Assembly: GCF_018350175.1 (NCBI RefSeq) | Contig: NC_058368.1 | Coordinates: 192,078,001-192,142,000 of the forward strand | DNA from: Felis catus | Taxonomy: Eukaryota | DNA length: 64,000 bases | Direction: 5' to 3' | Shown here: positions 36,201 through 49,600 of the stretch, piece after piece | Layout: every line of letters begins with the position of its first letter | How positions within the stretch are numbered: the first letter of the stretch is position 1 | Translations under genes and position numbers: made by a program | Notes under the pieces: model-generated | What the model was told of the DNA's origin: nothing | Seen by the model: the letters and a program-made list of their open reading frames with translations, nothing else | The model's database searches: none

Positions 36201-37456
36201 TAACTCAAGGTCAAAGGTAGTAACACCAAACAGAAGTGCCTTTGCAATGCTGCTTTACAAGTTCACAGAGACAATGCTGGATATTCATGCTAAGGATACT
36301 TAACTGAATCACTTAGTTCAGTGAAGGCTAAAGCTAACATCCTCTGAGTGCTCTTCTCAAATTGACAGACTTGTGGCCCTTTGAATGGGCCTTGGCTTGT
36401 CGGCAACTTGCCCCGTTCCTAACAGCTCTTCTTTGAGTGCACTTTTGAACTATTCAAGTCCACAAGGCCCAGCTAACCTCTCTATAATCAAATGTCCATA
36501 GGCCCCTGTGGGCCATAATTATCCCTGCATTCTTCAAAACTCATCGCCAGGGTCCCTCTGCTTTGACCTCTTTGGACTTGTCATTTCAGCTGTTCAAGTA
36601 TTTATGTTCTGCCCTCCAGTAACATTCTAGTCTCCTTAAAGGAAGACGCTATATGCTTTTAATCCACAGGGACTAGCACAGTCTCTTGCATTTAACAGGC
36701 CTTCAGTAAATGTCCACAGATCTGGTGCTGCTGGATGCAAGCCAGAGAATGGAGGGAACCCATTCTGTCAAGGTCTTGGAAAACATCTGTGTTTTTTCAG
36801 CGCAGCATTTGCCATCCATCATAGAGGAGATTGAAACAGAAAGAAGTCAAGCAAAGTACAAGGTCATTTGCAGGAGCCCCAGCAACTCCATTCTCCAAGG
36901 TTGGAATGTTCTTTCCCTCTCTCCAAACAGCAGACCAGATGGTCTCCTAAATCTTGGCTTTCGTGGTTTAACTCTAATTACAATGTTAGTTAGCAACGAG
37001 CTCAGTGATTCAAAATCACTAGTAGATTCTTTCCAGGCAGTCGAGTTTTTTTTTCTGCTCTCACTACCAACAGGGAGGCTTTGTCATCAGCCTTGCTTTT
37101 GCTTCCTGTATTATAATTGCCTAGCTGTTTAGAAAATGAAATGAGCTCAAGACTACCAAACCTAGCTGAAAACAGCAAGCGCTCCAGGAGACAGGAGGTA
37201 TCAACAGCCAGATGGCTAAGTAGCCTCTGATGATACTGCAGTCAAATTGGGAGACACAAATCAGGGAATGCTCCCCAGTTGTACAAATGCCACGTACAAG
37301 GTGTGGAACTCAGAGGTGCACATGTGTTTGTCTAGTCATTTTTGTGAATGTGGGTGAGAAGAAACCCTTACAAGTTAAGTCCTTGGAATTGTAAATGTTG
37401 GAAAGAACTTTTCAAGGTCATCTAATCTAGACCTTTCTAAATACACAAATGCCTCT

Positions 37457-37646
37457 GGGCACCTGGGTAGCTCAGTCGGTTAAGCATCTGACTCTTGATT
37501 TCAGTTCAGGTCATGATCTTATGGTTTGTGAGTTCAAGACCCACATCGGGCTCCACGCTGGCAGTGCAGAACCTGCTTGGGATTCTCTTTCTCTCTCTCT
37601 GTCTCTGTCTCTGTCTCTCAAAATAAATAAATAAATTTTTTAAAAA
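37457..37646 (+). mobile_element. CAN-SINE inserted in an L3 relic
   Basis: GGGCACCTGGGTAGCTCAGTCGGTTAAGC head, (CT)n, AATAAA. Confidence 0.93.
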
Positions 37647-37828
37647 CCCTCATCAAAAGGGTTCACACAAATTCTGTTTCAAACTTTCCATAAAGGAAAT
37701 TCATGACCTCAGGAGGAGTCCATTTTGGGACAGTTATCATTAGAGTTTGTTTTTCCTAATATGCTCAGCTCCTTACTCCAACTCCCACTTACTGATTCCC
37801 ACTTACTGGTTATATTCTCTGGTTTTAT

Positions 37829-37867
37829 ACACACACACACACACACACACACGCATACACACACACA
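37829..37867. repeat. (CA)n microsatellite
   Basis: direct reading. Confidence 0.9.
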
Positions 37868-37895
37868 TTTATAAACATATGTATACATAGTATAT

Positions 37896-38120
37896 ATTTT
37901 TTTTAATTTTTTAATTTTTTTTAAATTTATTTTTGATACAGAGGGAGACAGAGCATGAGCAAGGGAGGGGCAGAGAGAGAGAGAGACGCAGAATCCGAAG
38001 CAGGCTCCAGGCTCGGAGCTGTCAGCACAGAGCCTGACACAGGGCTTGAACTCACGGACTGTGAGATCGTGACCTGAGCTGAAGTCGGACGCTCAACCGA
38101 CTGAGCCACCCAGGTGCCCC
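37896..38120 (-). mobile_element. CAN-SINE (SINEC)
   Basis: TSD TACATAGTATAT (37884-37895, 38121-38132). Confidence 0.95.
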
Positions 38121-38399
38121 TACATAGTATATTTTATAAAACATTTTTATATATCTATATATGTATGTTTATATTTATGTACGTATTTATATATATATGT
38201 ATACATATATCACTTGTAAGTGGTTATATGTAACTTAATTGGTTATACCCTTTGGAGTTATGCAGAAACAAAAGGGCCTCTTTGTCCGTAGGATAATCCT
38301 TTTGAAATAATTAAAGATACTCTCAAGTCCCCCCAAATCTTTATTTCTTCAAATATCTCCCAAGTACTTAACTATTCACTACTTGATTTAATCTCAAAT

Positions 38400-38990
38400 T
38401 TCTGCCCTTAGCATGTGCACATCTTTTCCTCAGGGAACCTGTTCCCCCACCAGAGCCCTGCTGAAGCAGCTTGATCAGGTTCCATACCATGTGACCCCAC
38501 CTCCTGGTCCTGTGTGATTGGTCCAGGGGTGGGCATCTGGCATATGCACAGCCATCCTTCACCATCCTGCATCATCAGTCTGGCAAGGAACGATGAGCTG
38601 GGCCAATCAGGTTAAGTACCTGAAAACTGGGACCTTGGTAGCTGAGAGACTGTTGTCATTCAAATGTGGGCCATCAAGCTGCAGGGTTAGGCAGAGTCAG
38701 GGCAGGAGTGGCCATTTGAGGCCAGGAGCAGGATGACTAAGCAAAAGAAGGAAGCATTTTAGGAAAGACAGAATATTAAAACAGATACAGAGAGAAGCAG
38801 AGGCCCCAGGAGCAGGTAATATGGAGATGAGAGAAGGGCCGTTCATTCCTATCCCAAGACTTGAGTTGTAGTTTTTCTGGGACCCCAGGGATCTTCAGCC
38901 TTTCAATAAAGGATGAGGAAAATTGAGAAAACCTCTATCCCTTTTAATCCTAAGACCTTGGGCTAGAAACGCTCTTTTTAGTGGCTTTCC
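38400..38990 (+). mobile_element. Old MaLR LTR (MLT1K-like)
   Basis: TGATTGGTCCAGGGGTGGGCAT, GGCCAATCAG, CAGAGAGAAGCAGAG. Confidence 0.6.
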
Positions 38991-39055
38991 TCTTGGAGAG
39001 CAGTCATATATTTCCACGCTACTCCAAATGTAGACTTTTTCAACTGGGTTTGCCA

Positions 39056-39057
<2 letters not shown>

Positions 39058-39087
<30 letters not shown>
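39058..39087. repeat. (TG)n microsatellite
   Basis: direct reading. Confidence 0.95.
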
Positions 39088-39090
<3 letters not shown>

Positions 39091-39432
39091 ACAGATGTAT
39101 ATGATAGATACTATATACATTATAAAGTCTAAATAAAAAACTTAGAAAGGGTAGCATGTGGCAACAACAATGCAAACATTTATTGTGTGCTCCCTGTGTA
39201 CAACGTACAGTACTGGATGCATAGCCGTGGTGGCAACACTGAAGGGATGTAGAAAGTCCAGTAGTAGAGCAAGTAAACACAGTCACATAAAACACAGCAG
39301 ATTGTCATATGCTACAGTTAAAGATACTGGGGGGGGGGGGAGCTTTTATTTTTTTCTTTCCTTCCTTTCTGTACTATTCAGACTTTTCCAGCAAAATGCA
39401 TGCATAATATGTGGTATCAATAAGTATTATCT

Positions 39433-39619
39433 GGGTGGCGCCCAGGTGGCTCAGTCGGTTAAGCACCTGACTCTTGATTTCAGCTCAGGTCAAGATCTCA
39501 CAGTTTGTGACTTCAAGCCCCGTGTCAGGCTCTGCACTGATGGTGTGGAGCCTGCTTGGGATCTTCAATCTCTCTCTCTCTCTCTCTCAAAAAATAAATA
39601 AACTCCTTAAAAAAACAAA
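39433..39619 (+). mobile_element. CAN-SINE (SINEC)
   Basis: GGTGGCTCAGTCGGTTAAGC head, (CT)n, AATAAATAAA. Confidence 0.93.
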
Positions 39620-41129
39620 TATTACTTGGTAAGTAAATTATGAGCCTTTTTAAAATTTCTTCCATATACTTTTGAATATGAATAAAAGAGCTTTTAATTT
39701 TTAATAAAGAAGAGCTTACTGAGAAATTTAAGATAAAATATGGAAATCAACACATCTGGAAATACAAGGAAGAAAAAATCCCTGACTGCGGACATCTAGG
39801 AAAATGTGGCAATGAAGCCATTTCAGTAGGGCTGCGAAAGATTGAAAAACAAAATAGGAGGCTATATGAAGAGAAGATCCCCCTGGGAGACGCAAAAGAA
39901 ATAGCTGAAGCAGAACGGCATGAAACAAGGTGGCATCTTCAGGGTGAGCAATCCAACATGGCTGAACAGTGACTACAGGGCAGAGAACACCAGAAAGGTT
40001 GTTTGGCCCAATTTGTAGAAGGTCTTGATGCCCAGCAAAGGAAAGCCAGCCAGAGTTTTGCTTAAGATGGCAGCAAGAGAATGAAAATGAAGAGAAAGAG
40101 CTGAGAGGCAGGGTCAGTGGTTGAGAAGTCATTGAAATATCAGGTGTTTCAAAAGTCTCTTCCCAAAAAGTAAACATTTGGTTCATGCTAAGTTGTCAAC
40201 ATGAAAGTTATATTGTATGATGAGCATGTTTGGTATCACCTTGAAATGTGTGTCAAGGCACCCATGACAGCATATCTCTTTATCCATTTCATTGGCTTTA
40301 AGCTAACTGGAATCCAGAATGCTTGATGGCAAAATTGATTTCAAGTACTTATGTTTTCTTCTTGGGGGGTATGACATGTAGGGGGGCATTTGTGTGAGAA
40401 GCCAGTAACCCAAAACGTCTGTGAAGTTGAAGGTGGAAGTAGGGTCAAAATGCAGGACAGCATGAAAAACTTCACCTGTAGTTTCACCAGGAAGAAGGTG
40501 ATGGAGGCCATGCATTGGAACTTCAAAGAGGTACTCCAGCTTACATTTGTTCCATGTGGTTGGGTTGTGAATACGACATGTTTCTCTGAATGAGGAGTTT
40601 TGAAAGATTGCTATTTGGCTTTGATAAACTGGAAAGATGTATTCCTCCAGTGTGACAGTGCCCACATGAACTTACAGAAAATTCAGGAGTCAAAGTTCAG
40701 CCTCATCCAGCCTAGAACACAGACCTAACCAACAGACCACAGTTTATTCTAATTCACAGTCAACTTTCCATTTTCCTGAATGGCTGTTTGAGGCATTCAG
40801 TGAGGTTGTAACACCCTATCAGAGAATCTTTGCTTCCAGATTCAAAGATTGCTTACAGAAAGATGAACCATAGTCACTGAAAGTGATCAACCTTATTTCA
40901 CAGAACAATCTTGCTGTTTCAGCACTCAATAAACTGTTTCTTTGCAGGAACAAACACTTGAGAACTTTACTACCCACACAAGAGATCATCAAACAGAGTT
41001 AAGTAAGATAGAGGCAAGGAAATGGGGGGTGTGCACTGAGATGGGAAGAGAGGGCACTTGGGAGGCAGGCATTATAATATATGATGACTCAGCACAGAGA
41101 TAAAGAAAGAGAAGAAAAAAAGAAGATGG

Positions 41130-41830
41130 TGCCTTCTCCTCAGTCAACAATTAGACACATGTGCCCACTAAATTTTCCACATTGTGCCGGGCATGGAGGT
41201 TACAACTGTGAGGGAGACTTCATGTTGCTTGCACTCTGGTAATCATGACAGACAAGTAAATAGGAAATCACAACAAAGTGGGAGAAGCAAGATGATACTG
41301 TGGATACAGCTACAGGACAATTCTACCACAGTCAAGAGGATTTCCGAGTGGAGTCAATAATAAGGTTGAAACCTAAGAGGTCCGGTATAAAAATAAGCCA
41401 TGTGAATGCGAGATTACGAGAGGAAGTGATTCAAGGCATATACCCTGAGTCAAATTTCTGAGTTGTAGATTCACATCCTGGCTCTGACATTTGCCAGTTC
41501 CTGTGACAAGTTACTAATTCACTTTCTGTCTTGTTGTCCATATAAAGTGGGCATAATAATTCCTTCCTTGTAGAGAGCTATGGTAAGAACCAAATTAAAT
41601 AAACTAACAAAGCTCTTGGCACCGTGACTGGCAATGGTACATGCTAAGTGGATGGTAACACTTTATTTCTGAGAAGAAACAGCATATGCCAAGGCTACAA
41701 GGTATGAAAGAACATGGCAAGTTCAAGGGAAGTAGTTCAGTGTTGCCGAATGAACGATGTGTCTCAGAGGAACAGTAAATGCTGAGCCTGGAGGGGGAAG
41801 CAGAGGTAAGATTGGGGAGGCTCTTCTAAT
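41130..41830 (-). mobile_element. L2 fragment with nested MIR (~41440-41665)
   Basis: CAGACAAGTAAATAGGAAATCACAACA, GAAACAGCATATGCCAAGGC L2 motifs flanking MIR core. Confidence 0.6.
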
Positions 41831-42559
41831 ATTACCTCTGGTCAATAAGTTGCAGAGTAGTGTTACTCGACAAGACACAAAGTCCAGAGCATTCCTCAGG
41901 GCACTATGGTCACAGGAATGACTTGCCAACCACCTCATACCTACCTTCTTGAGAAGCATGTGCTTTCCACCGGGGAAAACAATGAAGATGAGATTGAACT
42001 CAGAGCTACAAGGAAGTAGCCAGGGGGGTCAGGAGTGCTAGGAAATAAGAAGGTAGCCACTCCCTGGACCAAAGCTCTTAGAGAAGTGATTGGACCCATT
42101 TGAATAATGTAGCAGAAGGAAAAAGTACCTTATCAAGACTCTGTTTCTGACCCTACCACTTACGTGTGACAGACCACTCCCTTTCTCCATGTCTTGGTAA
42201 ATAGGGCAGTGCCTAGCTTGGGTTGTTTTCAACCTAGGAACCACAGACATCTAAGAATCCTTGAAGATGCTAAGAGAGGTTCATACTCGATTGTCAACAT
42301 ACTGTTTTTAAGACCCCAAGGCAATGCTAATTCTTTAAGCTGATCCTAAGCTCCAGTTGGCATCGTACATCTTTAACTGATTCATAATCACTGGGAGACG
42401 ACGTTAATTTGTTTGTTTGTTCTTCCAAAAAATTGAAAAATATGTAACAAAAGGGGGACTGGTAGTGAAGAAGTCTGACAACACTGGACCAACTGGTTTT
42501 AAAAGGCCATTCCGGCTAACATTCCAGAATCCTATTTTCACATAAAAAGGGCTATGTCC

Positions 42560-43290
42560 TTGAGGTTAAAAACATGGGATTCACAGTCAGACGGACCTGG
42601 GTTCAAATCCCAGCTCTGGCACTTGCCAGATGAATGCCCATGGTCAAATTACTTAACCTCTATAAATCGTAATTTTGTAATCAATTGGGATTAAAATAAC
42701 ATTTTCCTGACAGAGTTGTTGGAAGGAGTGAAATAATACAAACTTTAGTCATTGGCATATTCCTTCTTAATCTTTGCCGTATCTGCATAAAACCTGCAAT
42801 ATTAGTTAAATAATATTTTTCTTTAAATCAGTCTATGTTTTTACTTAAATTAATATACTGTAACAGGAAACTTTAAATTGCTACCATAAATAGAAAATTG
42901 CTATCACCATAAATTGATAGTAACCATAAGAATAATGCCAATAAAAATCATATTGAAAATTATGTCTCAGTAATAACAATTACATTTTTTGTTACATTCA
43001 AGCGAAGTACTATTTCCTGCTGAAGGCTGTGGGCCTGAGGCTGTGTTAAAATGGAGATGACTGTACATAAGAATAGTTAAAAACACAGCAACTTCAGAAA
43101 TCTCAAAAGAGAATTAAAAAGGAAACTTTGTACGGGATTCAGTATTATTCAGGGCTTCAACTGGGTATCACCTAAAACACTCATAACATGTATGCCACAT
43201 TCAAGGTACACTGAGATAATGAATTCAAAGCACTTGTCACTAGGTCTGTCATGTGACTGGATAAGTGTTCATTTGATTGCTCTTGTTAAC
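42560..43290 (+). mobile_element. MIR split by MER113-like hAT fossil (~42760-43215)
   Basis: CCTGGGTTCAAATCCCAGCTCTG MIR head; MIR tail resumes TGAGATAATGAATTCAAAGCACTT. Confidence 0.6.
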
Positions 43291-43795
43291 AGAATCAAGC
43301 CACTTTGGTTCTGACACAGAACCCTGCCCACCCCACCCCACAGTGGATACAGACAGCTTGGGTCTATCACTGCAGAAGCCTCCAGAAAGGGCATTGTCAT
43401 TCACTCCTCCTGTCTTTCAAGATCACTTAGTTTCTTCTCCAGGGTACCCCTTTAATTTACCCCTTTCCATCCATTTCTTGTCCACCCATCATATAAACCT
43501 GGTTCTTAAACAGTCTACCCTTCTTCCTTGCCCTTCAAGATTCAGCTGGAAACACTGCTCTGAGACTTTCCTGGCCCTCAACCCATGCCAGACTGAGGCA
43601 ACAACAGCCCTCTTCACTATGGTGTAAAACTTCTGTTGTAGTAAGAGCTTTGCTATATTGCAGTGTCCTGCTTGCCTGTCTTCCCCATTCAATCATAAAT
43701 TTCTGGAAGCCAGGGACTGTGTTTAGTTTACCTTTGTATTACTTAGCTTATAATAGATGCTGAATTCAGTTTTCATACGTGGATAGAAGAAACAA

Positions 43796-43830
43796 TGGAT
43801 GGATGGATGGATGGATGGATGGATGGATGG
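43796..43830. repeat. (TGGA)n tetranucleotide repeat at an L2 tail
   Basis: direct reading. Confidence 0.92.
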
Positions 43831-44496
43831 AAAAAAGGCAGATGGAGAAGAAAAAATGGATGAGGGAGTAGGGAGGGAGGGAAGGGGGAAGAGTCAGTCT
43901 GACAATGACAGATCACATTGCTTCTGACTTTCTGATTTCCTGAAACAGAAGAAAAACAAGGTAATTCAGGCAGAGTTGGCTTAATTCCCTCTTGTCCAAT
44001 TTCTGTACATCCTCTTCACACACCATCCGTGGCATTTTCCTCATCTTACAAATACCTAAGGACTGTAGCCTTCACAGACACTACCTTGGCTTCCTGCCAG
44101 AAAACAAACAAGCTTAAGAATAAAGAAAAATAAATAAATAACAACAGTGACATCTCGTACTTTGAGGTCTGGGAAATGAATTCCAAATGGGAGCTGAACT
44201 CAAAACCAAATGTTTGGCTTTCAGTGACAACCAGCTACTTGGCCGAAAGCCTCAGCCCCCTCCTGAGACCACTTAGAAAATGTTGGCCCAGAGCTCTTCC
44301 TGAGAACTGCTGTCTCCCCTACACCCTTCTTAGGCAAGGAAGAAATTACTGCCAAGAGAAAACAATCAAACTTTTCTACCAACTTCCTCAAGGCTGTTGT
44401 TTGTGGTTGATCTTTTTCTACCTTGGGAACTCTCCAAATAGTTCCTCAGCAATTAGATTGTGTTTGGAAATAGTTTACTCAAACCAGCAGATAAAC

Positions 44497-44498
<2 letters not shown>

Positions 44499-44559
<61 letters not shown>
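44499..44559. repeat. compound (CT)n(CA)n microsatellite
   Basis: direct reading. Confidence 0.95.
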
Positions 44560-46620
44560 GAAATCAAACTGTTAATCTAGTGCTATTCAGTTTGCCCAGG
44601 AATTTATGTCTGACAGCATGTAGCTACTTACACACCCTGAGCCTGGGGACAAGATGAGCTTCCAGAGAGTGAATGAAATTGAGAAGAGAAACTGAGGAGG
44701 CTCTGAGGCATGTCAGGAAGGGACACAGGAGAAATCACACAAAGTAAAAGAAAACATTTCCCATGCGCCTGACTCAGCTAGACTAAACCACTGGAAAACT
44801 GTTAATGATGCTATTCCTCAGCAAAAACATAATTTATTTGTTCCCATCTTCTCTTTAAGAACTTCCCCTCAGATCACACATGAAAAGCCAAGTTCAGGGC
44901 CTTAGTTCCCATTTCCAAGGCTACAACGTTTGGCCTTAGCTCTTTTCTTTCCACTGATGTCCCCAGTGGCAAGGTATTCATGACAACACAGGCAGACCCA
45001 CCTTCCTGACTACCACATTCCAGTCTTACCTCAATCTGAGGAATGCACTGAACTTTCACTATGCACAACTAGGCCAGTGCAGACCTAGAGTGTCACAGAG
45101 CCTAGATGGGGGCCAGCATCACTGACCAGATATACACACATTTGGGAGCAATACAGATCCAAGCTCTACTGTGCAAAGTACTCCACATCTCTGAGCTTGA
45201 ATTCCTCATCTGCAGGCATGTCACCCATCTTTAAGGACTAGATACAATGATTAAAGTAAACAATGCTACATATATCACATACAGGGTCTATTATCAGGTA
45301 GGTGCTCAACAAATATTGTGGAACGTTAGATAACGAATTCCCTCATTCAGACTCCTAGTTAAAAAAATCCAGGCAAATCGTGGATTCTCCAAGGGCAGCT
45401 TGCTCAGTCCCTGGATCCCATAACCATCTCCTCCTTGCCCTCAATCCCCAGGCCCCAGACTCCCAGATCCTAGACCTGTGTTTAGAGGCATATTAGGGCA
45501 GGCAGTAGGAGCCATCAGCTCTGTGCAGGAGTTAAAGGGGAATATTTTCTTTAGAGAATTTAAAACCAATGAAAGTCAGTCTGATCTTATTATCATCACG
45601 CATCAGTGCTTCTAAACAGTGTCAGTGATAAAATACTCCTCCCCACCCCCATCACCCACTGTGTCACTCAAGGATTATGCACCACGTCTTGGCTGAGTCC
45701 TTGCCTGGCCTCACCCTCCATCTGGATGGGTCAGAAGCCAAACTCCTGGATTCATCCAGGGACCAGAGATACTCCTAGATCTTTATCTGAATGTATCTAC
45801 CCTTAAGCCTTTTCGTTTCAAACCATCTTGAGAAAAGCACAGTGTGAGAATAAGAGATAAAGTGATTCTAGGCCAGTAAGTGTGTAAACAGGCCCAGTCC
45901 AGAATAACGGGCCCAATTATCAGACAGAACTCTGTTCTCCTCTTTCACTGCCCCTTTTTTAATGTTACTCAGTGGGCCTATTTCCTTAACCTTGAAGCTT
46001 GACCTCTAAGGCCACTATTTGGTTTTTATATGTAGTTAAAAAAGGAAGGATGGGTGGGTGGGGAAAATCACACGACCAAGCTGGAGGAGCTACCTAATTC
46101 GACTCTTTTAAGTGAGGAAACTGATGCTCAGAGAGGTAAAGAAAGGACCAGTCCAAAGTCACACAGCAACAGAGTGGCAAAGGGAGGAAAGAACACCTAG
46201 CTGTGCCTCTTTGAAGAGTAAGGAGGCGCACATAAAATGGCGCCCTCCCTGTTAGCACCAAGTAAGCAACTGGTAAGAATTAACTTCTACTTTTGTGTTG
46301 CTGTTGTTTTCATGGAAACAAGACTGGAACCCACATCTGCTCCTCCAAGCATCTAGCTCGGTGATCATCCAACCTCTGCATGAACATTTCCAGTGTAAAA
46401 CACACCCCCTCACCTCCAGGCCCCTCTGTGAAGTAGCTCTACTTTATAATGAGTCTGTTTAAATAATCTCTCTCCTCATCCCTTGGGCGCATTGGTTAGT
46501 TCTAGATTTAATCTCAGTACCATTGAGCCTTTTGCAAAAAGATTTTGATATTAAATCAGAACATGTTTGTCTCTGGATAGAAACCATACAATGAACCCGA
46601 ATGGGTGGCAAAAAATAATA

Positions 46621-46660
46621 ATTAAATTAAATTAAATTAAATTAAATTAAATTAAATTAA
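46621..46660. repeat. (ATTAA)8 pentanucleotide repeat
   Basis: direct reading. Confidence 0.95.
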
Positions 46661-49600
46661 TATATATATCTTTCATCAGTCATTCGCCTCGAAAAAGAAA
46701 TGGTCGGTCTTTATCTTAAGAACAAAGAGGACACCTTAATCATGGCAAGCCTGCTGAATAAATCAAAACAGTAAGTGTGCAGGAGGCAAATGCCCTCTAT
46801 TAAATAAATTAAGATGAGCGCCTCAGTAGCCGCCCATTACCCTGACAGGAGCAGAGAGGAGAGCTTGTCTCTGTCAATCTTCCTCTGAAAAGACAGCATT
46901 TAGACACTGGCCCGTATTTATGTCTGAAGAGCAGGAATGAACAGCAAACAAAAGGGGTGCCTCACACGTCATCTTCCCACTCAGAATAACATTTAACACA
47001 ACCTTACAGCTTTACATAGGCTTTTGTACTCTTAAAAAAAAAAGTGTTCCTCACTTTATTTGGCTCTCAAGGAAACTCTGTGACCCAAGGAAAGAAGGTG
47101 CTTGATTTCACAGATGAGGAAATGAAACAGAAGATGGCTCGTCATGGAACGGGCTGGCCATCGATTCATCCACTGGGCAAATGAATGAATGGCAAGTTCT
47201 GTGCCAAGTCCTGCAGAGGCAATGGTGAGCAAGACAGAACTTCTCTGTTTCCGCAACCCTGAGGGAGGAGAAAACCAAAATTAAACAGACACGTGTGGTA
47301 AGTGCTAAGATTGGGGAAACAATGGGAGAAGCATCAAACCTGGTTGAGGATCCCAAGGGGTGAATGGGAGGCAGCCAAGCAAAGATTTTGACCCTGGGAG
47401 GGTATGCTTCACAGGATGATCCAAGGACACAAGGCAGGCGACGTGGAGAGAACGACCAGCAAAGGGCATGCAAAGCCAACACAGCAGGATACAGGAGACC
47501 TCTAAACAAGATGGGAAATGGTTTGGTAAATCCAAACACTTTCATATTCCACAGGCTCCTGGGGTTTCAGAATGTTCTGGAGTTTCACAGTGTTGGGGGG
47601 AGATATAATGAGATTTGACCACATTTGAAAGGTAAGGAGAAGCCAGAACAGCTGCTCCATTTTTTCCTCCTGTCATATGCCTCCCGCTGACCTTCTGGTT
47701 TGCCTCGCCTGGCAACCCAGACAAGGCTGAACACACGAGTCCCAAGACCTCCCCACCAGCCTCCCTTCCTGTACGACAGCCAGGACAGGCCAGGGTGGAG
47801 GGGGCCATGCAGCTTGCCCAGCTGACACAAAGAGGAAAAAGGTGTTTATTTCTTGTCTTCCCTCTCAACTGAAGGCCTGGACCTACAGAGATATGCTCAG
47901 GCCTGGAAGAAAGGGATGGTGGGCACTGGGCACAGGACAGATGCTTCACAACTCTGTAACACTGTTTCTGTGGACGTCACGAGTCAATTTTTCAAAGAGC
48001 ACAAATGAGAAATGCCTCATTCCGAAGGCATCTTTTTTTGGGGTCAGATTGATGGATCTTTTTGTGCACTCTGCATTTTTGAAACACATTTCACATGGGG
48101 TATTTTATTCCCCTTTTCATTCCCATATGGGGGTGGGTAATCACGGCCCAGATGAAACCAGCTTTGCATCCTGTTTGGCTGCTCCGGCTCCTTTGTTTGT
48201 TTAGCTGCTTCTCCCCTTTCTCTTCTCAACTTTGAGTTCTCTCCTATAACCACCTTCTCCCAGCTCTGAGTCCTACCCATTCTGATTTGTTTTCTAGATC
48301 TGGAAAATGCTTTGCTTTTCCTCAGTCAACAAAATTTATTAAAGTTATTTTGTTATAAGTTGGCTATACCAGTGCCCCTTCTCCAGTGGCTATAAATTCC
48401 TGAGGCAACTCCTCTGTGCTCCGTTATCGTGAAGACAGAGTAGCTTTTACGACATTGCTATAGGTGTGGAAACATTGCCAAAGAGCTCAGAAACATAAGG
48501 AAATAAAAAGCTCTAGCCACAATCCTCTGAGCCAAACTCCCATTCAATCAGGCAAATGAAGTTTCTCTTGTGCCCTCTGGGAACTCTAAGATTACAATTG
48601 ATATGGTTCTACTCCTCACATTCTTAAGAGCACCTACTGTCATCCTGTGGTCTGGGCCACTAGTGACCAATAAAAAGCCTTTATTGATTCATTTAACAAG
48701 TATGGAGCACTTGCTATCTATAAGCTGTACGCTCAGTTTCTTTGTATGAAAGCGCTATTCTTATTACACATATCACCATCTGAAGTTGTTTTAATCTATG
48801 TTTATTCGGCCTCTCCCAACAAAATACATGTTCCATGAAAACAAGGACCTCATTGGTTTTGCCCAGAGTTATATCCTCAGTAAAGAAGGCCTGATACACA
48901 TTAGATGCCCAATAAATATTTGTCGGATGGATGAAGGGCAAAAGACAAAGGTGCACTACAAACAACTCAATCCACTCAAGGCTTTTCAAATGGAATAGCT
49001 GATCTTTATGCCCTCGTGTTTATCAAACAATTATGAGTGTGTTTCCTCTCACACATAAATCTGTTTTTTGTTTGTTTTTTTTTTGCCCCCATACCAGGCA
49101 CTCTGTCATTCATATCTCACACAAATACATCTGCTTTTCCTCAAGGAGGGGAATTTGGTCACACATACACTGGAGGTCAAGGTCCAAGACACCATTGGTA
49201 AGGCTAGGAACATTTTAATTACCACTTTCTAAAGATACGTGGGGCACCTAATTGAATTCACACATATTTAATAGTGCTTACTCTACACTAAGAATCTGGG
49301 AAGCCTAGCAAGGAAAAAGGAGCTTCCAACAGGATAGCACCATTTATTGGTTTACTGTATTGGGTGCCATAGGGGTTTTTAGAAAAGGGAGTTCCACATA
49401 TTTTTCAAAAATGTGAAATTGTTTTTCTAGATAATACCTAAGGCCCTTCCATTTCTAACCTCCTATAGCTTTCCCATTGCCTCTCAAGGATTCCAAACTC
49501 TCCTTATTCCTTCCACACTAGTAAGAGAAATAGATAAATATGCTTACAGTAGGTCCAAATCTTATTTACCTAGATCTATATGTCCTTCAGAATGGGAAGG

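Noticed and set aside
39728..40186. 152-aa minus-strand ORF
   Set aside because: Overlaps L2-like decayed sequence; no recognisable protein similarity or splice structure.
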